Assembly: GCA_011109175.1 (NCBI GenBank)
Contig: RDEW01000072.1
Coordinates: 122,355-186,354, forward strand
Direction of reading: 5' to 3'
Length of the DNA stretch: 64,000 nt
From: Dicyema japonicum
Taxonomy: Eukaryota > Animalia > Dicyemida
This document shows, one piece after another, positions 38,141-51,009 of the stretch; position 1 is the first letter of the stretch, and each line of letters starts with the position of its first letter. The notes beneath the pieces were generated by a model, which did no database searches, was not told the DNA's origin, and saw nothing but the letters and a program-made list of their open reading frames with translations. The translations under genes and the position numbers were made by a program.

Positions 38141-38810
38141 AAATAGTCTTTAAAACAACATTTGTCTTTTATTGTTGCGTATATATTTTACAAGTTTAAA
38201 TTGAGAATAAATAAAGTTAAATTTTTAATTTTAGGTTAAAAAGTTTGGTTTATAGGTTAATAAAGTTAACCTTTTATATTTAAATTTTTTTCAAATTTCA
38301 AGGTTAAAAAATGTTTCCTCTAGTCTGTAGGTAGAGTCCAATGAGATCAAGAAAATTCAAAGTCGTAATTCAGGCTCCAGAGACGTTGCTGATTTCTGAA
38401 TTAATAGCAAAGAACTGAAATCCATACCATTGGCGAAAACTTGATAATCTCTCCTTGTCGGATCATTGCTCTTACTATGTTTGGTCATAACATGAACAAA
38501 AATTAATGAAGATACTTTGTCAGATAACACTGTTTCTCGTCAGAATTGTTCTTTATATTTTTAGTGAATCATGATTCAATTACCAATTCTCGCCGTATTC
38601 TCTAATTTATTGTTGTTGATATAAATTAATAAGAATTTGCCATTTTTGGACATGTCCGGAGGTTGAACCCGATTCGATTAGAGTGCTGCTAGAATTATTT
38701 TCTGAAAACCTCTGGTCTAGCGCATAGTCATCAACAGCGCATGTGTCATATTATTGACCTAACCGATCAAAGAAAAACCGTGATTAAAAATAATTATTAA
38801 TAAAAACGAA

Positions 38811-39742
38811 TCATAAAGAATGACAGGAATTCACCGTAGGAACGTCTGCTGTGAGTGAAATAAGTCCAAAATAATAACAATTAAATATATTCATTTTTAC
38901 AGAATCATTCCTAATTTTAAGTCCCTCAGTTGTAAACATTGAGTAAAGGATCTGTTCGTCAGTTGCAATTAACTTCCTTGATAATAGTTTGTAAAAGAAT
39001 CTTTCGTAAGCCTCACAAAATTCGTAAATTACATTGATCTGACCAATATAAAAGCCTCCAGGAATCCACACTAATGCTTCCTTGATGACTGTCTCTACTG
39101 GATGATCATGGAAAGCATTAATTATACTAATAGTCACTCGTTTGTCATCAATGTACTTGGATTTTATTAACATGACCTCTTCCGTAAACTTTTCGTCGCG
39201 CAAAAAACCGGCATCAATCCAAGCGATATATGAAAATTTGTCTGAGAAGAGATTGATAGTCGTTTTAGAAAATCAACCTTAGAGTTCACGATTGCAGCGT
39301 ATTTATAATTTGTAGTCTCCAAAAAAAATTTACGGAATCCCGGAAGGGTGAATATATGTTTTATTTCATCAATATTTTTAAAGCCAAGCAGTTCTTTTCT
39401 ATCCAAGTATATCAGAGTTGTGGGTAGATCTCTTCTGATCGCCTTCACGTAATTAAGAATAGTATGATCATCTGAATAAAACACAAGGTGATTTTTTATG
39501 TAGAAAAAGTTTTTCATAAGTTTATAATAATCTATTGGTTTACGAGTAAAGCCATATTTTGCGACTTTTCCAATATCGTAACATGCACTGACCAATAAGA
39601 TCTCGTCTTCATTTTTCTCTACGGTGGCGTTATAACTTTTATACGTCCTCGTATCCTTGAGAGATTTAACAACATAAATCCCAGTCAAAAAAATAACCAA
39701 AATTGAAACGACTTTTTTATGATAAAGAATTTCAAATTTCAT
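38811..39742 (-). CDS. HtrL/YibB-family (putative glycosyltransferase-like) type II membrane protein, intronless, one 1-nt frameshift
   Basis: N-terminal TM, then LLVSACYDIG, NHLVFYSDD and YAAIVNSKVDFLK, a frameshift in the run at 39263-39266, then NLFSDKFSYIAWIDAGF, VWIPGGFYIG and IATDEQILYSMF. These follow the HtrL_YibB motif order; the family was recognised by eye. Confidence 0.7.
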
Positions 39743-41129
39743 ATAAAAATCAATTTATTTAGACAAGGTTTGATTATCAATCTTTTATGCACATTTTGTT
39801 TAAATTTTCTTATAACTGATTTTTACGGTATTTAACACTTGGTTTGCGGTTTATTGTTTCTAGGAGACTCAAAGATGTAGAAATTAGAGAAATAACAAAT
39901 GGTTTGTTCGGTCTTTAAAATTAATGTTGAGTAACGGTCAGAGACAAATCTGTATTCTACATTGGTGGTTGAGAAACTAAATGATCTATCGACAAATTCA
40001 GAAATGGACATTTCTAATGGAAATAGAATGCAATTTATAAAATCTATTTATAAAGACTAGCCACGTGGTTAAACTATTAAAATAAACTGTTTAAAGTCAT
40101 ATAATAAGAGAAGAGGGATTACCAACAATCTGGATCAAAATACGCTTAATTAATTAATTAGTTAATTTATTCGTTATTATTTTCATAATTAAATTGCAAA
40201 TGGTTTTAAACCTCAGGTTGTGCTGCATGGGGAACCAAACTATCAAACGCGAATATGGAAAAAATTAATACATTCCAAAAAATGGCCATTAAGGCTCTGC
40301 AAATGTTTTCCCAGACACCACTAAACCCTACACCATTTGAGGAATTAGTGAGGAAAACCGGAGCCTTACTACCACCCCAAAAAGTAAGAAACCCACGCCC
40401 AATCAGGAAATGCGAATGGACATTTCTAATGGAAATAGAATGCAATTTATAAAATCTATTTATAGAGACTAGCCACGTGGTTAAACTATTAAAATAAACT
40501 GTTTAAAAGTCATACAATAACGAGGCTTTGAAGAAAAAAAAGTTCAGGAAGCAGCTAGCGAAAGGCAGTAGACATTCCCTCTAACAATCGTCATTCCAAG
40601 ACGTTTGTGAAACCAACACCGCTCTCGAGGTTCCCACAGCTTGGATGAGATCACAGTCACAGATGGCACCTCTGATATAACATATGAGGAAGTCAATAGT
40701 CAATACACGATGATCAACCAAACTTGGAATTGACTGCTCTGGCTATTTCACTTCAGTTGTATTCATTTATCTAAGGCAACTGCGAGCGTGCTCTTTTGGG
40801 TGTCGCCAGAATGTTGTCATCGGAATTCTTATCATCCATCGACCCGGAAGTATTTCCTACGATTTAAATTGGCACATAGACTGGATTTAAAATTTAACAA
40901 AGCATGCTATGAGGAGGAACAATACCATATATTACGTCATTTGTGGTGTCTCACTATGATAACCCTATCAGAAGATCTAAGCAATGTTAATTGGTCTTCG
41001 GTTCTTCCCAACTTTAATAAATCTTTAATTAGTCTAGACTTGTGGACAAACAACATCAAAATGAGAATTTATAAAGCCCCAAACTATAAACTCATTATGA
41101 TAGCATCGAGTGATGAGGAATCAATAGTA

Positions 41130-41362
41130 GGAGAGTACCAAGGCATCAAGAGTGTTCTAAGCTTCATCTTTCTTTTGGTTCTGTGAGAGTTCCCGAAGAC
41201 AATCCGGTTCCACGGTGCGGTGTCACTAATGAGAGCGTCACATGTACACCCATAAAACATCTTTGATGCAGGAAACCTTCAGTTCGAATGGGCAGAGCGA
41301 GATTCGAACCGGAAAGCATCTGAACTCAGTCCAGTACCTATAACGCTGCGCCACTGTATAAC
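41130..41362 (-). mobile_element. tRNA-derived SINE-like element with A/B-box head
   Basis: The minus strand has TGGCGCAGCG (A box) and GGTTCGAATC (B box) at tRNA spacing, but the acceptor and anticodon stems do not pair. The body is shared with 44700-44870 and 12920-13060. Confidence 0.55.
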
Positions 41363-41509
41363 TTAGGACTATCATTGCTGATAAAATAAATTTTTGCCCT
41401 TTTCTTTATTTGGAATGAATCCTTCGTGTTACGATATTAAAAGACCATTGAAAATTTCTTTATTCATAAATTTACCCACGTGGACCTGTTAGCCAAGTGG
41501 TTAGTTGTT

Positions 41510-42200
41510 AAAAGGAAGTGGTAAAGTGCATCCATCTTCATCTTTGTCGAATTTATGGAATCAAAAGAAGCAGGAAATTGAAAGGACATTCGGTTCAGTC
41601 AATATTGACGAATCAAAATGTCGAAATTAGAGTTGACTCGTCGATTTTGACAGAAACAAAAGTCCAATACAATAAACCTGATATTTTCGTGTATGACAAA
41701 ATAAAGAAGGAAATAACGTTAATTGAAGTGGGATTACCTCACAAGACCGACTAAAGCAAGTTGATAAACTTCACAAATTTGACTTGCTAGCAAATGAACT
41801 TTCGCTGCTCTATGAATGCCAAGTGAAGATTATTCCAGTGGTTTTGACATGGGATGGAGTTGTTTCAAGATGCTTCAAGAATCATATGGATAAATTATCT
41901 ATCGAAGAATCAACGAGGACTTACATCCAATCGTTTGTGCTGAAGAGAACGCTCGAAAGTATGCTCATTGAACATAAGCATGGGATGAAGGTATACGATG
42001 AAAAGTACGCCTCTGCTACCTCCCAACTTGTGGAACTGGCATGCCGTGAAGACAGCCCACTGGACTCAAACGGAGATATTTTGACTGAATCTGATGTGGA
42101 GATGCGGAGTAACATGGAAGTTATGGCACACTCTTCTTCTAAGAGAAGAAAAGGGATTACCAACAATCTGGATCAAAATACGCTTAATTAATTAATTAGT
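41510..42200 (+). mobile_element. R2/R4-like REL retrotransposon 3' end, nearly identical to 51010-51710
   Basis: VVKCIHLHLC..IRVDSSILTETKVQYNKPDIFVYDK..LIEVG..KFDLLANELSLLYECQVKIIPVVLTWDGVV (PD..E..K REL). Confidence 0.9.
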
Positions 42201-42239
42201 TAATTTATTTGTTATTATTCTCATAATTAAATTGCAAAT

Positions 42240-42540
42240 GGTTTTAAACTTCAGGTTGTGCTGCATGGGGAACCAAACTATCAAACGCGAATATGGAAAA
42301 AATTAATACATTCCAAAAAATGGCCATTAAGACTCTGCAAATGTTTTCCCAGACACCACTAAACCCTACACCATTTGAGGAATTAGTGAGGAAAACCGGA
42401 GCCTTACTACCACCTTAAAAAGTAAGAAACTCACGCCCAATCAGGAAATGCGTTGGAACCCGGGAGGAACACCGAGCAAGAATGAGATGGCTATGCGAGG
42501 CGGCCGGAATCACCTGACGGCTATTAGTTATTTAATCTGT
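42240..42540 (+). mobile_element. Jockey-like LINE 3' end
   Basis: KINTFQKMAIK..PTPFEELVRK..EEHRARMRWLCEAAGIT*. The first ~210 bp also occur at 40200-40414. Confidence 0.7.
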
Positions 42541-42585
42541 CGGTGATTTTTGGTCTTTAATAATAAACTTCAGGTTGTGAGGAAG

Positions 42586-42892
42586 ATGTGGTGCATCGTG
42601 GCTAATTGGTTGAAATTTCTGTTTATTCATCTGTTCCTCTTCTCTTTTCTTATTAGACTGGTGTCATGTGATCCACTTGTCTAGGTGGCGCCCAGTGTCT
42701 GACAGTTCGAAAAAAGTCATTTGCTCTTCCCCACTCCACTGGAGGGGTTTCCACAAAGCAAGTGTGGACGTCTTACCCTTTATGTTGATTCCGAATGGAC
42801 TCTGTTTCTGTAGAAGTGGAAACTGGATACACTTAATTAGTTGATTACTTTAACTTCTTTCTAGGTGTATCCGGGGTTAATAAATAAATAAA
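42586..42892 (+). mobile_element. Short non-autonomous element with HDV-like fold (42660-42719)
   Basis: Colinear with 12205-12510. P1 GGTGTC/GGCGCC, P2 TGAT/GTCA, P4 TGTC/GACA, J4/2 CGAAAAAA; same ATCCGGGGTTAATAAA tail. Confidence 0.7.
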
Positions 42893-43539
42893 TGCAGAAC
42901 TGAAACACTGATTGATTATAGTATTTTTATCTGTTAATCAGTAGAGTGGACATAATCTTGCTAATATGTGGAGGGATCGTTTATTCAGTTATCTAAGAAA
43001 AAAATCTACAATTTAACTTGTATCGAGATTATAAGATACTAATTATGTTAAATTTGTTTTTTTTGGATTTTAACATATTTTCAGGATTAACTATGACCAC
43101 ACATCAAATGCAATTGAAAAATATTGGTATATTTGACTAAATAACATAGAGTCAGGAAAAATGTTATAAAAATGCGAAAAAATTAGATGGAGTTCCTACA
43201 TACGGCGTAGTTCCAAGTATGGACAGTGACATTTATTTAAATAAGTTGTCAGTTTTGAAGGAATTTAATATTCTTTTTGTGGACCTGTTCACTTATTCCA
43301 AATAATAATCCATCAAACTGTCTGCCTGTTCCTTGAAAATCTGGTTCTTTCCGCTTATTGTGAATATTTTATTTATGAAGAGTTAGTTAATTGTGTCCAG
43401 TTGAATGATTACAATTCGATTTCATCTTCAAAGAAAAGATGCTGATCTTTGACTATTGAACACATTGCTTCGGACATTGGGACAACGTTTCCACTGGTTT
43501 ACCTATCTCGAAAACACTTGAACAGAGTTAAACGCACCA

Positions 43540-43880
43540 ATGCCATTCAGCAGGTTCCTGACTGAACGCCTATCTTTGTGCCGAGATTGGCAACCTGTTG
43601 GATGATGAGGTAGTGAGAATAGCCTCCTTTCCTCTGCTGGCCAAAGTGCATATTGGAGCCGACTGGTCTTACCCGAGACGATGTTAAACGCCCCAACGGC
43701 CTGACAACATTTCCTATTGTTAATGGTCAGAACCTGGTTGAGACGTCAAGAATCTTTGGCCCACAAGCTGACGATCTAGTCCGTCGGATCGGCTCAATGA
43801 TCCAAAGGGTCACTAAATATCCACGTGAGACTGGATGGCCTCGAGAGCGTATCTCGATTACGATTGTCTGAAGAAACAAC
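43540..43880 (+). mobile_element. CRE-like retroelement C-terminal remnant
   Basis: EPTGLTRDDVKRPNGLT..VETSRIFGPQA..RRIGSMI..PRETGWPRERISITIV. Confidence 0.75.
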
Positions 43881-44699
43881 ATGCCTTTCAAGTTCCCTAA
43901 CTTTTAATTTCTAAAATCTTTTATTAATTTTATTAATAAATAAAAATAATTAAGTTTAAATTTCAATTCAATGTTATCCACGATACTTTTTTATTATACT
44001 CTTTAATAACATTTACATTTGAGTTAGAAGAATCTTCCAGTATAACTCAATGGTAATTAATATATAAAGGGAGTCTCTCACCTAGTCTGGATTTCTTTTT
44101 ATTAACAGTTTTAGATTTCTTTTGCTCTGTTGCCATTAGAAGCACGTCGCCAAAACAGATCGCTTCCATAGATCCTTCGCTTTCACGTCTAGTCCTGATG
44201 GTCTTGAAAAAGCAAAAAGATCTCGAACTTCTTTTTCACTTGGATATGGACGATGTACACATCTAGAGGTGAAAGTTCAGTCTGATACCCCTTGGAAGTA
44301 ACAATTATGAATTGCTAATCTAAGGACGTTCTGCCTACAGTACTTTATTATATTCAAGGATCCATTTGGTAGGGTGGACACTAGATTCATCGGTTTTCTA
44401 GTAATTCTCTAGACTCCTACATTCATCTCTCCCTTTATAACAAACACTCAAAATAATATAAAAACTTGAGCACATGAATTGTCTTAACGTCGTGATCATC
44501 AATTTTGAAGAGTTATCATCAACTTAAGCATAATTACTGACAAATTTAGTGTGCATACAAGTCGTGGGAGTTTAGCATGAGTATGACTGTAATTGCATTA
44601 CTCTTTTCGAAAAGCCTGTGACTACGCTATTGATGTGGGGACATAGTCAGATGAGTTTTTGGCTCAAGTAAATTTAACCATATCGCAAAAAAGGGTTTA

Positions 44700-44870
44700 A
44701 AATTCGAATCTCGCTGCTGTTCATATGGTCGAAGGTTCATCCGTCAACGATGCTTCTGGGATTGACGAGTGACGCCGTCATTAGTGATTTAGCACTGCGG
44801 AACCGGATTGTCTTTTAGGACTCACAAACAAAAAGAACGAGATGTCAAGAACATTTTCAATGTCTTGGAT
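44700..44870 (+). repeat. Copy of the tRNA-SINE-like family body
   Basis: Matches the reverse complement of 41140-41320 (TTCGAATCTCGCT..GTGACGC..TCATTAGTGA..GGAACCGGATTGTCTT..CTCACA.A.CAAAAGAA..GATG). Confidence 0.6.
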
Positions 44871-46248
44871 TAATTAGCATGACTGCTCTTACTTTATAAA
44901 TCAAGTGCGAGTTTTTGCCTAGTCGTCGGTGGAAGGGCAGAATTATTATATATTTTCCCCTCAGTTTATAACGGTTTGACTATATTGCCCTTTATTTCAA
45001 GTGAATGTTTTAATTTTTAAAAATACTAAACGACCTAATCCAAGGCCAATCGATTTGTAGCTAATCGTATGTATAAGTAAGTTTAAGATATTTTTCTTGA
45101 GATTATTTCATGTATAGACAGTCGAAAAAAACACGTGATCAACCCACCCAAAACCCCCTGCAATTATAGTACCCCTAATATTATTAAAGACTACTCTATG
45201 TTGGATGGGAAGCGACTGTTCTTTACTTAAAAAGTAAACTGTGTATTCTGTCTTGAAGGAGCTATAGCTAATATGGCTCTTCGTAAAGTCCTGTATTATT
45301 ATTACAGGAAATGAAGAGATACTACTTGTCAAACTTTAACAACTTTATTAGCAAGGAATATTAAAGAAGGAGTTAGTTGGCCTCAAGTCCTGCAATCACT
45401 TGGACTCTTCTCTGCGCTCTCAGATCTCTCTTATCGTTTATTCTGTGCTGCAACATAAGAGTCAATGATGGCATATCTTTTTAGGTAGTTTTCCATCCTT
45501 TTTTCTGCTCATCTCCGATCGACATTACTAGCAAATTTTCATCTTCATCCAGTTTTTCGTCAAGCATTTTGTGTAGGGCAATCTTGATCTATGCTTTCCG
45601 CGATTTTTCAAGAAGCAAGATAAAACGCTCTTTGTATGCAGTGTAATACCATCCTTGGAAGGATGGTACTTGTGTAAGAATTGGATACCCATATAGTAGG
45701 TAATAAAGAGAGAGTCACGTGTTCAATCCATACTAATAAAAAATTGAAAATACAAAATGATGGATTCTTATTTTATCTGAAGTTAAGGATTATATCCAAA
45801 AGAAGTTTGGCTCATTAAATAACTATAATCTCTATGATACCTACAATATAATCCAATCCGTCTTGTCCCCAGACTTACAGATTTATCAGCATGCTTATCT
45901 TGATGATTATTCAGGTGTCAATAAAACTGCTACAAATTTGGGGCAATTGCTGCTGTTAATGACAAACAAATCAAATTGTGACAATAAAATGATCATATCG
46001 GTTTTATTGACATTAGTTTAATTCACGTTTTATAAATTCTGTCAAATTTACTGTTAAACAGGCAATTAACCTGACAGATCAGGTTGTCTTGATGTTCCAC
46101 GATTTAGTGATATTTTTAGGCAAATTTGGAATTTTAATTGAAAACTAAATTTCGATTTCCCACCGGTTTACCTGCCAATTATTTTTGGAAAATTTTTAAT
46201 TAAAGAAATATTTCAATTTTTAAATATAACATCAAATTATATATTATC

Positions 46249-46990
46249 TCACAATCTTTTAAGTACCTCTTTATTCGTCACTGAAGAAAAATCTGGCTTT
46301 TCCTTGTAGCCGGGACAATGGTTTGAATTAAAATGCGACGAAATGCGACAAAATCTGCAGAATCGATGTTTGCAGTGATCACAACTAACCATTCTGAAGT
46401 TAAAAAGGACAGATTTCGTTCTCCTGCACAGAGGACACTCAGCATTGCATTCGTGAATTTTATTTTTCTAAAATTTAAATTTCACGCAAACTGATTTCAA
46501 TCTTTTATTTCTGAATCTTTTCCCCGAATTTTTTATTTTCGAGTCCCGCGGAGGAATGTTCTCTTTATTCGACTCATCCCAATATGAGGTTTCATTCGCG
46601 TAGAAAGGACTGTTTGAAAACATTGCTCGTAAAATTCAAAACTTATACAATCTTCGTAATGAGCGCTTATATAACTCTTGCGATCCCGCACAGAAAATCG
46701 ATTATTTTACAAATTTCCATTAAAATTTAATTTCGAATCCAAGTTTAAGTGAGTCGAAATGACTTTCGATTCCATCTTCACTTGGGATTTCAAATCTTGT
46801 CTGAATTTCATATTTGTGCTTAATTTCCCAGGTCAGCAGATTATTGTGAGACAAACTCATTAATATTGTCTTGTAAGAAAATTGTTGCTTTATTACTTCG
46901 AAACAATGCGAGGACATTGATTTGTTAGATAATTCGTTGTCCAAATTGAAATTTATCCCAAAATTAATTATTTTACTAGTCAATAAATTT
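46249..46990 (-). CDS. FBXO5: Emi1/Emi2/Rca1-like APC/C inhibitor (ZBR domain plus RL tail); 5' structure unresolved
   Basis: The last exon, after a 24-nt intron, reads KNKIHECNAECPLCRRTKSVLFNFRMVSCDHCKHRFCRFCRISSHFNSNHCPGYKEKPDFSSVTNKEVLKRL*. This is an IBR-like C6HC zinc-binding region ending in LKRL, the family's terminal RL motif. I could not join the upstream frames cleanly. Confidence 0.6.
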
Positions 46991-47929
46991 ACATAAGAAT
47001 TGTTTTTTAATTCTCCTAAAATCCGATTTGTTGCACGTGGCCACGATTTAATTCAATTTGAGAATGATTAATAGGAATTTCGTGTATTTGGGGAAAAGGA
47101 CTCATTTTGAGGATCTCTGTGGGACGCTAAGTTTGATTGATTTAAGCTTTTTTGGTTAAAATTAATTTAATTTGAAACAACCCTTAAAAATAAAATTGAC
47201 TTTCACTTTACTTGAGTTCCATCCAAAATTTAATAATCAATTTAAATTTGATGAGAACTTTTATTTAATTGAAAGGAAACTTCAGGAATCATAGAATGTA
47301 GGTCACTGACCCTGCTAAACAGAATCGGATCGCTTATCGCGAAGAGGAAAAATGATAAGAGAAAGCAGCTAGCTCATTGAGCAAATTTCCATCCAAATTG
47401 TTTTCAATTATGAGAGCAGCCAGTGTTACTGTTTTTGTCAATAAGTTTATTTGTTAAAAAAATTATTTGAAAAAATGAAATACTGAAAGAATACTTCCTG
47501 AGTAGTTTAAGGCCGTCAGATTAGGACTCCCAATTTCTGGTTCCATTCCAAACTGGAACCTTGACATTGGTGGGTAAATTTTCAGTAGAGAAATTTGAAC
47601 AAGATTATCCGTTCTAAAAAATAACAAATGTTGTTATTTTTTTCTAATTATGTTTTAATAATAACCAACTCACCAACTAAGGAAGACTTATTAACTGAGG
47701 AAGACGCACAGTTTTATAAGAAATAGATGGCGGCCGCTTCCAGAAATTTCTTAATTAGATCGGGTGTGGGGGACATTCGTATGATAAGATACTTATATAA
47801 GTTTGAAAGAATTCGTTGTAATTTGTAAAAAATTTTATCATTAAAAGTCAATGTCTTAATGGAATAGCAGTAACAAGATTAGCTAAGCTGGGATCATTAG
47901 CTGGATTTTCTAAATTAAATACTTAAAGT

Positions 47930-48140
47930 TATATATTCTTGTTTCAGAGGATTGTAAAAAAACTCTCCAGGCTTGAACTAGAATCTACTCGACTCATGGA
48001 GTCTCCTAGAGTTCTCAAGTATCACTTCAATTACACGAGGTGCACTAAAGATTACTCCAGAAAAGTAACGGCATGTGATCCACCTGTCATAGGTAACTCC
48101 CAGTTCCATGTGGCGCTAGAAAAATCATTTTCTTTCCCTT
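47930..48140 (+). mobile_element. Variant short element with HDV-like fold and long J1/2 insert
   Basis: P1 GGAGTC(47998-48003)/AACTCC(48095-48100), TGATCC-AC-CTGTCATAG-GT core, CAG. The upstream ~130 nt is shared with 49920-50060. Confidence 0.55.
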
Positions 48141-49919
48141 ATTAACATAAAAAATGCCAAAATTAAAGCTTCGATTATTAAACCCGAGAAATAGGAAAAA
48201 ATTGAGTAAACTTAAAATCCTCATTGCTTTAAGTTCTACAGTTGTAATCACTCCACAATTGCTTATTATTCTAATTTTGATTAACCCTAATTATTTGATA
48301 TATTTCCACGTAAATTTCATCATCTTCTCTCTAATAAGCTCACGGTAAGACATCACCTCGTAGTTAATACTAATGTCTGTTGAGTAAGTTAACATTTTTA
48401 AAGAAATCAGATTGATTATCATGGAGTATCTGCATTGAAGACCACTCCTCTAATAACTTGGAAATTCTCATCTCACTTTTCGGCCATCCCTCCTCTTTTC
48501 TGGTTATCAACTATCCGATGATGTGTAGAAAAGGATTCGATGTGCTGGGGCTCAGCACTGAAGATGTTTTAACGAAGATCAGCTCTAAGGTGAACCATTC
48601 CAATTTACTCCTTTTGGAATCTCGGCATTATGGCCTCATGCCATCACGGATTTCATGTTAATAAAATGACATTAAGGTCATTTTACAAAATAAATTAATT
48701 TTACCCATAATTTTTTAATTTCCACGTTTAATCTTTTTTTGAAAATATCAATTATAAAATATGGTTATAGTGGAATTAACACGAGAAGCAATGAAAATAT
48801 AAAAATTTCATTGAATCGGGACAACTCGATGAATTACATTGACGAGAGAAAAGGCAAAAATCCAACGAAATGCTCAAAGTTTCAGTCTCAGTGAATCCGC
48901 GGCCTACATTAATAAAAATGGCCGAGAGTTGCGATTCTTTTGTACTGAGGAAGCTGAATTAAAACTAAAACACATTGAAGTTGTATATTTGTTCATTTAA
49001 TCACTTTGGACGCGATAACTTATATAGTTTATTGTGACTTACCATTTATGGTCCAAGACGTAGTGAAGTGACTACTGTGATATCTAAATGTGTTTTTGTC
49101 AGGTAAATTATTAATTCTAACAATTTCAGTCTAAACAAATGCTTACGCCTATTATAGCTTATGGGTCGAGAGGTAAGATGATCAATTAGTATTAGTTGAG
49201 TTAGTTAGATGCACTCCCGTTACCCATGAGCCGCTTGTGCTGTGTTCTTTACTCTCCGTTCTACCAGTATTATCCGTGTAACATTCCTCCTTGATCCATC
49301 GTAATGTCTCCTGTTTAGGTTCAAAGCTACTCCTCTGACGTTGAAAGTTGCATGACTGAGATTACGATAAAGACATAAACATTATTAGATGGGTGCCACC
49401 ACTCAACCAACAATTAATTGGAATACATATATTTATATAAATTCGAAAAATAATTCATTTTAATTCATAATAATTTTATAATTAAATAAATCAATGTCTT
49501 TTAATGATGGAGTTTTCAGCGAAGGTAAATTCTTGTCAAACAGATCCCACCAGTGAAGCGACGAGTCCTTCTGGCACGACACAGTAGTTAAAAGAGATCT
49601 TCCTATTTTTCTCCCTGACTAAATCCTCTGATCAAGATCGCATTATGAAAATTATTCCGCTATAGAATGAAGTGATGTCCGTGGGACAAAAATGATAGAG
49701 GGCGGACCTACTTCTCCACCTCTCTTTGGAAGCCTGTAGTGAAGTATTGGAAGATGGATTTGGTCGGCACAAGCAGATGATCTCCTTTAGTTCCTTCCTT
49801 GGATTAGTTAGTTATGACTGTTTGTGTTGGACTTACCATTGTAATCCTGGGGTTAATAATAATGTCTTTTAATGGAATGAGTTACGAGATCTGCTGAGTA
49901 AAGACAGGCTACGCAAAAT

Positions 49920-50175
49920 TATATATTCTTGTTTTTAGAAGTTTGGATAAACTCTCCAACATAAATTAAAATGTGATTTATTCATGGAGTCTCAAGTCTA
50001 TAAGTATCACTTCATTAACACGTGGCTCATATAAACGCTACTAAACTATGGTAGCCTCTGCGATCCACCTGTCTTAGGCGACTCCAAGCTAGGGTGGCGC
50101 GATAAAAGGTCATTTGCTCTCTTCCACTCCACTTGAGGGATTTTCGTAAATTCTAGATGTGGATACTTTCTTCTT
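49920..50175 (+). mobile_element. Variant short element with HDV-like fold and long J1/2 insert
   Basis: P1 GGAGTC(49986-91)/GACTCC(50080-85), GATCC-AC-CTGTCTTAG core, GGTCA at 50108-12, then TTTGCTCTCTTCCACTCCACT.GAGGG as in the 12.3- and 42.7-kb copies. Confidence 0.55.
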
Positions 50176-51009
50176 TTACCATTCGATTGTTAAAGCATAG
50201 AAACAGAAAATAGAAGCTGAGTGAACCTATTATTCTTAATATACAAGATAGTCATCTGGCATGCTCTCCAAGGTTAAATTTTTCCTATATCTATGGTTCT
50301 ATTTAGGAAAAATTTGTTATCTCCCAATTTCATTTAGCCAAGGGAGTTATCTTACTTGAGATTCAACGTGTACGGAAACTTCCTAGAAAAATCAATTTAA
50401 AGAATTTCTATAATAGCTGAAATGAGACATTTTCGGTTCCTCCGTCTGTACTGCAATTTCGGCTGAGAAAATCCTGTTCATATCTCTCCCCTACACTGGA
50501 TGGTATATAAAGATGATAAGACTGTGATATGAGAATCAATTGCTCAACAAGGAAATTATTTTAAAATGTTTTAATTAGATTCGTTAATTTTAATTTAAAA
50601 AGTAAATCGATAATAATTTAAAATCAAAATTTAATAAACTAACAACCATAGAATTTTAACTAATTTGTAAAACCGTTAAAACGGGACTAACATAAGCAAA
50701 AAAACGAGATTTTAAGAACATTCCCAATGCCTTAGTTAATGTATTGGATTGATTAGGATAACTGTTCTTACTTTTGTATAAAGTGGGAGTTCTTCCTAAG
50801 CTGCGGTTACATTACTATTCATTGGCGGCAGAGATGTATTCTATCAGTAAAAACGTTGAGTAATTATTATGAAGCCCAAGATTTTTTTTCATACAGATGA
50901 GATAATAATGAAAGCTTTTTCAGAGATATTAAATAATCAACCGATCACCTTCAAATTTCAAACGCATTAATTAGCTAATGGTGATAATTATTAAAATAAT
51001 AATAACGAG

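Noticed and set aside
41285-41362. Functional tRNA gene
   Set aside because: A and B boxes are present, but the acceptor stem does not pair, the T stem is broken and there is no U33 anticodon loop. Treated as a SINE head or pseudogene.
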